DNA of 30,107 bases from a virus, in the IMG/VR virus record IMGVR_UViG_3300031555_004811; one strand, 5' to 3'. Of this stretch, positions 7,120-13,492 are shown piece after piece. The position numbers were made by a program, and so were the translations under genes. Position 1 is the stretch's first letter; the number at the start of each line of letters is the position of its first letter. Below the pieces are notes generated by a model. That model had not been told where the DNA came from, searched no databases, and saw only the letters and a list, made by a program, of their open reading frames with translations.

Positions 7120-7624
7120 AGTATCTAGATTAAAAGAATATATTGAATTTGATTCAATATATCAAGAATGGAAAAAAGGTGAAAATAAAAATGTCCTTAC
7201 TGACTTTGACTGGTTTTGTGTGCAACATTGCCAAGATATTGAAAAACTGTTAGAGGAAAATAAAAAATTAAAACAATGGGATTCTAATAAGGATTCTAGA
7301 AATTCAAGACAAAGGGTTGCTAATTGCAAACTTATTAAGGAAAATAAGTGGTTAAAAAATAGAATTAATAAAGAAATGATACAAATAGATTTAGATTTAA
7401 AAGATATGATTATTCAGTCATTAAGATATGCATTATATAGACATACATATGCATTAAATCAAACTTGTGAATATATAAAAAAACATCCTAATTTACTTGA
7501 TAGTAGAGTAAAAAAGGTAATGCTAACTGATATATATGAAAGATTAAAAGATAATGATTTAAAGGATTATGAAATAGCAGATATTAGATGTTTACAAATA
7601 TTTATAGAAAATATGGAGGAATAA
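7103..7624 (+). CDS. Hypothetical protein
   Basis: Open frame in the operon; no recognised motif. Confidence 0.5.
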   Translation: MILMNEVSRLKEYIEFDSIYQEWKKGENKNVLTDFDWFCVQHCQDIEKLLEENKKLKQWDSNKDSRNSRQRVANCKLIKENKWLKNRINKEMIQIDLDLKDMIIQSLRYALYRHTYALNQTCEYIKKHPNLLDSRVKKVMLTDIYERLKDNDLKDYEIADIRCLQIFIENMEE

Positions 7625-7930
7625 GTGAAAGAAGATTTATTAGAAATTATAGAGCATTATGGAATTAGTCATCAGTTAAGAAAATTTAATGAAGAAGCTT
7701 ATGAACTTATTGAAGCAGTAAGAGATTTTCAAGAAGAATATGCAATAGTTGGTTACGATATAGAAAAAGTTGATAAATATTTTTTAGACAACATATTAGA
7801 AGAATTTGCAGATGTTTGTGTAGTGTTAGAACAATTAAAAGCATATTATGATTTAGATAATGAAAAGATAATAGAAACAATGAAATATAAGATAGAAAGA
7901 CAAAAAAAGAGGATAGAAGATGAAATATGA
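7625..7930 (+). CDS. MazG-like nucleoside triphosphate pyrophosphohydrolase
   Basis: GTG start behind GGAGGA. EEAYELIEA ... LEEFADVCVVL matches the ExxE...ExxD metal-binding helices of all-alpha MazG. Confidence 0.7.
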   Translation: MKEDLLEIIEHYGISHQLRKFNEEAYELIEAVRDFQEEYAIVGYDIEKVDKYFLDNILEEFADVCVVLEQLKAYYDLDNEKIIETMKYKIERQKKRIEDEI

Positions 7931-8307
7931 AAATAATAGATTTATTAAATAAAATAGCAAATGGTGAAGCACCAAAGAAATTCAAATATAGAAATAGAGT
8001 TTTTTATTCAGTAGATAATGATTATTGGTGCGATGAAATTGGTGGATGGTTTAGTGTGGAGGTTTTAGATATATCTATTTTAAATGAAGAAGTAGAAATA
8101 ATAGAAGAAGATAAGAAAATAGAAAAATTAGATAATGAACATAAATTTTATTGCTATACACAATATGAATCATATAAAAACGATATAGATAAAGTTTTAT
8201 ACATAATAAAAGCAATTAATTATGTTAATGATAGAATTTCAAATAGCAATAATAAAATAAATGAACTAATAGAAGAAATAGAAAAGTTAAAGGGTAAGAG
8301 TGAATAA
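7927..8307 (+). CDS. Hypothetical protein
   Basis: Start overlaps the upstream stop (ATGA); no recognised motif. Confidence 0.5.
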   Translation: MKIIDLLNKIANGEAPKKFKYRNRVFYSVDNDYWCDEIGGWFSVEVLDISILNEEVEIIEEDKKIEKLDNEHKFYCYTQYESYKNDIDKVLYIIKAINYVNDRISNSNNKINELIEEIEKLKGKSE

Positions 8308-8640
8308 ATGAAATTAGAAGTAGGAATGTATGTAAGAACTCATAAAGGAATATGCAAAATAGAAGGATTTGCTAGTACTTTAACTGATGATTATATAGAA
8401 AACGAAAAAGGTTCTATGATACCTAAAAATGAAATTAAAAAAGTAAATCATAACATAATAGACCTAATAGAAGCAGGAGATTATGTTAATGGATTAAAAG
8501 TCATAGATATAGTAGAAAAGGATATTTATGCTTCAAATTTTTATGCAGACCAATATATTGAACTTATAAAAATTAAAGATATTAAATCAATAGTAACAAA
8601 AGAAATGTTTGAAAATATGAGTTATAAGATAGGAGATTAG
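8308..8640 (+). CDS. Hypothetical protein
   Basis: Start abuts the upstream stop; no recognised motif. Confidence 0.5.
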   Translation: MKLEVGMYVRTHKGICKIEGFASTLTDDYIENEKGSMIPKNEIKKVNHNIIDLIEAGDYVNGLKVIDIVEKDIYASNFYADQYIELIKIKDIKSIVTKEMFENMSYKIGD

Positions 8641-8642
8641 GT

Positions 8643-8876
8643 ATGTTAAAGATAAAAGATAATGTAGATTTAAAAGAACTATATAATTATGGTTTTAAAA
8701 GAAAATATTATAATGGCACAAAAAATCTTGTTTTAGAATATGAACTAAAAGACCATCCACATAAATATCAAGATATAGTATTTGATATACCTACAAGAAA
8801 GTTATGTTTTTGTAATTGGGGTAGTGATGTTATGTTTGATTTAATTAAAGATGGTTTAATAGAAAAATGTCAGTAG
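8643..8876 (+). CDS. Hypothetical protein (C-terminal LIKDGLIEK motif)
   Basis: Open frame in the operon. It shares its C-terminal motif with the next gene. Confidence 0.5.
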   Translation: MLKIKDNVDLKELYNYGFKRKYYNGTKNLVLEYELKDHPHKYQDIVFDIPTRKLCFCNWGSDVMFDLIKDGLIEKCQ

Positions 8877-9061
8877 TAGATATAAGCAAAATAACATTAG
8901 AAAATATAAATGATTTTGTTTTTGACAAAAGAGAAGTTACTAAAAAAGATATTGTAAAAGGATTAAATATAAAAGAATATCAACATCAATATTATTTGAA
9001 AGTTACAAAATTAAAAAGAAAATTAATAAAAGATGGATTAGTAGAGAAAGTAGAGGATTAA
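8867..9061 (+). CDS. Hypothetical protein (C-terminal LIKDGLVEK motif)
   Basis: Open frame in the operon, overlapping the upstream gene by 10 nt. Confidence 0.5.
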   Translation: MSVVDISKITLENINDFVFDKREVTKKDIVKGLNIKEYQHQYYLKVTKLKRKLIKDGLVEKVED

Positions 9062-9063
9062 AT

Positions 9064-9687
9064 ATGGAATATAATACAAAAGTAAAAATAACAGATTTTG
9101 ATGTAAATTGGAAAAAGATTAAAAGTGGTTGTATGACTACAATAAGTAAAGAAGCAGGAGATAAAGAGCCACCAAAAGAGTGGAAAAGAAAGTTATTGAT
9201 ATGTCAACATAGTCCAATTAGAAGAGGTACTATCAGTTGGAAGTGGGAAGAAATACCTTATGCTATAAGTACACATTTTGCAAGACACCACGAGGGTTGT
9301 GAAAAGTTTGTAGGTACATCAAGAGAAGATAGGACAAATGTAAATAGACACGAAAGAACACAGATGGATTATGTAATGATGGAGATGGATGCAAATATAC
9401 AAGCATTAATTTCTATAAGTGAAAAGAGATTATGTATGTGTGCAGACCCAACTACAAGAAAGTATTGGAAAGCAGTTGTAGAAGCAATAAAAGAATATGA
9501 TGAAGATATTGCTTGGGCTTGTGTACCTCAATGTGTAAGATGTGGAAGTTGTGTAGAACCTTTTGGGAAGTGTGAGTTTTATACAGGATTAATGACAGGA
9601 CACACACTAGAAGAACAACAAGATATTATGAAAAGATATGATATTTACAATGAACATAGAGAAAAGGTTAAAGTGAAGAAGTTATGA
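9064..9687 (+). CDS. Divergent ThyX-like protein with a C-terminal ferredoxin-like Cys cluster
   Basis: [43 protein letters not shown] aligns by eye with the ThyX core [55 protein letters not shown] aligns with NARSLMNFLNLR. RHR is replaced by RHH. The C-terminus carries [18 protein letters not shown]. Confidence 0.5.
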   Translation: [207 protein letters not shown]

Positions 9688-9899
9688 AAGTTATATGTTC
9701 AAATTTAAAATGCAAATTTAAAAATGAAAATAGTGATATTTGTGAGTGTGAAAAAGTAATTTTAACTTATTCAAATATAGCAACTGTAAATCAAGGAAGA
9801 AAAGATATATTAGAGTGTAAATCATTTGAATATGATGAAGAATATTTAACTTTAAAAGAGAAAATTGAAAATTTATTAAAGGAAATTGATAATAAATGA
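9684..9899 (+). CDS. Small Cys-rich protein (DUF1540-like pattern)
   Basis: VICSNLKCKF....ICECEKVIL......ECKSFE; start overlaps the upstream stop. Confidence 0.45.
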   Translation: MKVICSNLKCKFKNENSDICECEKVILTYSNIATVNQGRKDILECKSFEYDEEYLTLKEKIENLLKEIDNK

Positions 9900-10063
9900 T
9901 AGATATAGTAGATATAAAAAAAGCAGATTATTTAGTATTCTATGTTGAAAGAGTAAATAACAAAAATTATATTTATTGTGAAAACACAGTAACAAATGAA
10001 AGAGTAGTAATAAGTGAAATATGCAAAATGATAGTTCAAAAAAATAGTAATACTGGAGAATAA
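9896..10063 (+). CDS. Hypothetical small protein (55 aa, hand-called)
   Basis: ATG 9896 overlaps the upstream stop (ATGA), and the frame is open to TAA 10061-10063 (MIDIVDIKKADYLVFYVERV...). The track shows only an implausible antisense ORF here. Confidence 0.45.
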   Translation: MIDIVDIKKADYLVFYVERVNNKNYIYCENTVTNERVVISEICKMIVQKNSNTGE

Positions 10064-10068
10064 ATTAT

Positions 10069-10212
10069 ATGGAAAAATATTATTTAAAATTATTAGAAGA
10101 AAAACAAAAATTTTGGAAAGAAATTGTTGCATTTAGGTATGAATTAGAATACAAAAAGATGGAACAAGAGGAAATTATAAAACGTTTAGAAGAAATAATA
10201 AAAAATAATTAA
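10069..10212 (+). CDS. Hypothetical small protein (about 47 aa, hand-called; 3' end uncertain)
   Basis: The frame opens at ATG 10069 (MEKYYLKLLEEKQKFWKEIV...). My hand count around an A-run at 10195-10205 disagrees by 1 nt with the track start of the next ORF, so the stop is at either 10210-10212 or 10231-10233. Confidence 0.3.
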   Translation: MEKYYLKLLEEKQKFWKEIVAFRYELEYKKMEQEEIIKRLEEIIKNN

Positions 10213-10226
10213 GGAAGTGATAATAA

Positions 10227-10619
10227 ATGAGTGAAGAAGAAATAAAAGATATTAAAGAGTTAATTGAAAGAAAAATATTTTTAGCAGAAGTAAGTGGAGG
10301 TTTAACTTATAGTGATAATAAATTTATTGATTTGTGGAACTATACAATTGATTTAAAGGAAGAAAACTCACAACTAAAAGAAGATATAAAAGGTTTACAA
10401 TGTGAAAGAAAAACTTTATATAATACAATTTACGATTTAAAAAAAGCAAATAAACAATTAAATAGAAAAATAGATAGGGGAATAAATAAAATAGAAAAAG
10501 CACAAAAATTAATTGAAGTACCTACATATCCAGAAAACATATATTTAGGATTTTGTTATTTATTTGGTAAATATAATTATGATGAATTACCGAGCAAAAT
10601 AAAAGAGGCGTTAAAATAA
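10227..10619 (+). CDS. Hypothetical coiled-coil protein
   Basis: SD AAGGAAG; heptad-rich central region. Confidence 0.5.
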   Translation: MSEEEIKDIKELIERKIFLAEVSGGLTYSDNKFIDLWNYTIDLKEENSQLKEDIKGLQCERKTLYNTIYDLKKANKQLNRKIDRGINKIEKAQKLIEVPTYPENIYLGFCYLFGKYNYDELPSKIKEALK

Positions 10620-10793
10620 GGAAATAGTGGGCATAAAATATGTTCAAAAATTTGAAAAAGTATTTATTGTAAAAAAACAAATAAAATGACCTTATAATTC
10701 AAGGACAAAATTAAGAATAAACTTATGCAATATAATATTGTGGTAATATTGCACTAAGATAACAAGGTAAAAATACAAAATATAGGAGGATTT

Positions 10794-11003
10794 ATGAGTG
10801 GTATAGATATACAAAAAGGAGATATAGTTACATATAGAAGTGGGAGAATTAATAATGTAAATAAACCTGATAAATATTTGATATTTTACAATAGTGATTA
10901 TAAAAATAGGAATTTTGGTTGTGATTTTGATATTATGAAAGTTCAAAGGTATGTTAAATTATTATATTTTTACAGATTAAAAACAATATATGAGAGGAAA
11001 TAA
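10794..11003 (+). CDS. Hypothetical protein
   Basis: SD TAGGAGGA; preceded by a 174-nt intergenic region containing a palindrome. Confidence 0.5.
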   Translation: MSGIDIQKGDIVTYRSGRINNVNKPDKYLIFYNSDYKNRNFGCDFDIMKVQRYVKLLYFYRLKTIYERK

Positions 11004-11006
11004 GCA

Positions 11007-11246
11007 ATGAAATTATTAACAAACAAGAGATATAGTGAAATGGAAAATGCTATTAATTCATATAAAAATATGTATAATCAAGCAACTGAGTCTTTATTGT
11101 TAGATAACAAAGATTATGAATTAAAAATCCAAACTATTTGTGATATGTTGGTTGATATAGTTAATTTACCAAAATCAAAAACAGGTAAAGATATAATAAT
11201 TCAAAAGATTAAAGGGGTAATTAGATATATTCATAAAGGGGAATGA
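11007..11246 (+). CDS. Hypothetical protein
   Basis: Open frame in the operon. Confidence 0.5.
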   Translation: MKLLTNKRYSEMENAINSYKNMYNQATESLLLDNKDYELKIQTICDMLVDIVNLPKSKTGKDIIIQKIKGVIRYIHKGE

Positions 11247-11273
11247 AAATGAAATAAAATTACAGGAGAATAT

Positions 11274-11669
11274 ATGGATTTATTTAAATTAAAAGAATTA
11301 ATTGAAGATACAAAAATAGATATTAATTTTTATAAGAAAGAAAGAAATAGAATTGAATCAAAACTTATGCCAGGAGGTTCGAGTTTCAATAATATTTCAG
11401 TTCAAGGTGGAATACATGATAGAGATAAAGCATTATTAGAATATACAGAAATAGGCATATTATTAGATGATGCAATTAAAAAATTAAATAATCTCACTGA
11501 TGTACAAAATCAAAAATATAAAAATTATATTTCAGCTAATGATTATGATAAACAAATATATGTTGAAAAAAAATTATTTAAATGGAAAGATAGCAAGATA
11601 TCTTCTAGGCATAATGGTTTAAGTCGTTCTCAGATACATAGAATAGTTAAAAAAATAGAGAAAGAATGA
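11274..11669 (+). CDS. Putative late-gene regulator (ArpU/RinA/DUF1492-like, sigma region-4-like HTH)
   Basis: It is the last gene before the late leader. The MPGGSSFNNISVQGG loop and C-terminal HTH-like NGLSRSQIHRIVKKI resemble the small late activators of Firmicutes phages. Confidence 0.5.
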   Translation: MDLFKLKELIEDTKIDINFYKKERNRIESKLMPGGSSFNNISVQGGIHDRDKALLEYTEIGILLDDAIKKLNNLTDVQNQKYKNYISANDYDKQIYVEKKLFKWKDSKISSRHNGLSRSQIHRIVKKIEKE

Positions 11670-11828
11670 AACAAAATGCAACATTGTTTATGTAAAAATG
11701 TTATCGTAGAGATTTATTAAAATCATTACATTTAACCTTTAAATAAAAACACTACATTAATAAGTAGTGTACTGATGATATTGTAAGAAGTCTTTAGTTT
11801 TACTAAAAGTAGTAAATATCATTGGTAC

Positions 11829-11892
11829 AGTACTAATTAAGTACTTTTACCCCTTTTTATTTTGGATAGGAATTGCCTCCTATTCTTTTTTT
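11829..11892 (+). terminator. Two tandem intrinsic terminator-like hairpins in the late-operon leader
   Basis: The first is AGTACT-AATTA-AGTACT (11829-11845) followed by a T-rich tract. The second is GATAGGA-ATTGCC-TCCTATT (11865-11884) followed by T7 (11886-11892). Confidence 0.6.
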
Positions 11893-11925
11893 GTTATATA
11901 AAGTGGGTGATTTTAGGAGGAAAAT

Positions 11926-12303
11926 ATGGTTAAAACAATAACAATTGGAAGTAAAGAATATAATTTAAAATCAAGTGCATTTACAATGTTTTCATATAAG
12001 AATCAAACTGGAAGAGATTTTTTACAAGATATTAATTCTTTAAATGATAAAGTAAAGGAAATTAATAAATTACCTAAAGAAGAACAAAATTCAGCTTGGT
12101 TAAATGAATTTAGTTCTATAATGGAAATTGCTTTAAAGTTAACTCATATTATGATTACAGAACAAGATAGAACATTTAAGTCATATGATGAGTGGTTAAA
12201 AGAGTTAGATAATTTAATGGGTGAAGGTAACTCTTGGCTTCAGGAGGTTTTAGAAGTTGGTATAGCACCCTTTTTTGGGAGAATACAAAACTCCCAAAAT
12301 TGA
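11926..12303 (+). CDS. Tail assembly chaperone (gpG-like)
   Basis: The N-terminus ITIGSKEYNLKSSAFTMFSYKNQTGRDF matches the usual TAC pattern (I.I.GKEY.L......a...ye..tGk.f). A T6 slippery run lies just before the stop, and an overlapping downstream frame lacks its own SD. Confidence 0.6.
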   Translation: MVKTITIGSKEYNLKSSAFTMFSYKNQTGRDFLQDINSLNDKVKEINKLPKEEQNSAWLNEFSSIMEIALKLTHIMITEQDRTFKSYDEWLKELDNLMGEGNSWLQEVLEVGIAPFFGRIQNSQN

Positions 12304-12481
12304 TAGTGATGATGAACCATTAGATATTTATTCTATAGTTGCATTAGCTAAAAGGTTAAATATTACATTAGATGATATGAAAGAAATGTCTTTTGTATCA
12401 CTAGTAAATATACTTTATTCAACAGTTGAAGAAAGAGAAAATAAACCAACACAAAATGATATAGATAATTTTTTAAGATAG
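12275..12481 (+). CDS. gpT-like extension of the tail assembly chaperone, reached by a +1 or -2 frameshift
   Basis: The frame is open from 12266 and has no SD. The slippery CCC_TTT_TTT_GGG lies at 12268-12279, and the frame is +1 relative to 11926..12303. The sequence DIYSIVALAKRLNITLDDMKEMSFVSLVNIL is gpT-like. Confidence 0.5.
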   Translation: MGEYKTPKIDSDDEPLDIYSIVALAKRLNITLDDMKEMSFVSLVNILYSTVEERENKPTQNDIDNFLR

Positions 12482-12493
12482 TTGGAGGTAAAG

Positions 12494-12754
12494 ATGAAAT
12501 ATAAAGTAAGAACATTGAATACTTATCGATTATTAAATGTAAAAGATGAGGAATTAAATAGGATTCCTAATCAAGGAGAAGAAATAGAAGTATCTGAATC
12601 TAGATTAAATAAGTTACTTGGTAATAATAAATTTAATATAGCATTTGTAGAGGTAATAGAAATAGATAATCAAATAGAAAATGCAAAAATAAATAAAGAA
12701 AATATTAGTAAGAAGAGTGGAAAGAATGTCGAGAAAAGACCTTTACAAAAGTAA
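12494..12754 (+). CDS. Hypothetical protein
   Basis: ATG 12494 behind TTGGAGG; the track start at 12482 is a TTG inside the SD. Confidence 0.5.
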   Translation: MKYKVRTLNTYRLLNVKDEELNRIPNQGEEIEVSESRLNKLLGNNKFNIAFVEVIEIDNQIENAKINKENISKKSGKNVEKRPLQK

Positions 12755-13055
12755 AGCATGGCAAGATACTAGAAGATATATATGGTTAAAACAAAGTTGT
12801 TTATGTGCTAGATGTAATAAACCTGTATATGTTGATGGAATTAGTGAATGGATTCCAAAAGAAAAAAGATTAAAAGGAATAGTTCATCACAAGATATATT
12901 TAAATGATTATAATTATACAAATGATAAAATAGCATTTGCAGAAGAGAACCTAGAAGGTTTATGTATTGAATGTCATAATGAAGAACATTTTAACAAAGG
13001 TGTAACAAGAATGGATGTTAAATTTGATGAATTTGGCAACCTAGTTAAAAGATAA
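12717..13055 (+). CDS. Terminase-associated HNH endonuclease
   Basis: CLCARC ... VHHKIY ... NLEGLCIECHNEEH. It sits immediately upstream of cos and terS, as in HNH-dependent cos phages. The start may be ATG 12726. Confidence 0.85.
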   Translation: MERMSRKDLYKSKAWQDTRRYIWLKQSCLCARCNKPVYVDGISEWIPKEKRLKGIVHHKIYLNDYNYTNDKIAFAEENLEGLCIECHNEEHFNKGVTRMDVKFDEFGNLVKR

Positions 13056-13065
13056 TTTAGTTTAA

Positions 13066-13160
13066 ATACCCCCCCCACTTCTTAATTTTAAATATATGAA
13101 ATGGGAGAACGAGCAATGGGGCTTCAAAAAAAGTGCATCATCGTGCATGAGAGGGGGGTT
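13066..13160. other. Candidate cos (cohesive end) region
   Basis: It lies in the only G/C-rich intergenic segment. A C8 run (13069-13076) and a G6 run (13153-13158) are in inverted orientation about 76 bp apart, and GTGCAT occurs as a direct repeat at 13133-13148. The region lies between the HNH gene and terS. Confidence 0.45.
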
Positions 13161-13183
13161 TTTGAGAAAGAGGGTGATAATTT

Positions 13184-13492
13184 GTGAAAAAAAAGGAACT
13201 TCAAGAAATCTTCGAGAAAATACCAGAAGAAAAGAAAAGTGAAGCAAAATTAATATTAAATGAAATTAGTTTTATACTTCCAACAATAAATAAATTAAAA
13301 AAAGAGATAAAAGCTAAAGGTCCAACAGAAGATTTTGAACAAGGTAAGCAAAAGTTCACTCGTGAAAGACCAGCATTAAAATCATATAATCAATTAATGA
13401 AAACATATGATACCTTCTTAAAAAATTTATTAGCATTAGTTCCGAAAGAAACTAAGAATATAGAAGATGAGTTTGATGACTTCAACAAGTAA
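13184..13492 (+). CDS. terS: Terminase small subunit (P27-like)
   Basis: The call rests on its position before terL, its size, and a C-terminal region (GKQKFTRERPALKSYNQLMKTYDTFLKNLLALVP) resembling P27-family small subunits. GTG start. Confidence 0.6.
   Translation: MKKKELQEIFEKIPEEKKSEAKLILNEISFILPTINKLKKEIKAKGPTEDFEQGKQKFTRERPALKSYNQLMKTYDTFLKNLLALVPKETKNIEDEFDDFNK

Noticed and set aside
9932-10132. A 66-aa minus-strand ORF in the 9900-10226 gap.
   Set aside because: The translation is an implausible Ile/Phe/Tyr-rich peptide with no SD. Two plus-strand small ORFs that continue the operon explain the gap better.
10692-10946. An 84-aa minus-strand ORF overlapping the 10794 gene.
   Set aside because: It is antisense to an SD-preceded plus-strand gene, has a TTG start with no SD, and its translation is low-complexity.
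11864-11870. TGGATAG in the late-leader terminator as a further copy of the CTGGATAG box.
   Set aside because: Only 7 nt match, and the same heptamer also occurs inside coding sequence (for example about 6622 and about 27972, encoding W-I-E or W-I-D). This copy is within chance expectation.
13062-13247. A 61-aa minus-strand ORF across the HNH-terS spacer.
   Set aside because: It spans the C8/G6 tracts and the terS start, has no SD, and is antisense to the late operon. The region is better explained as cos.
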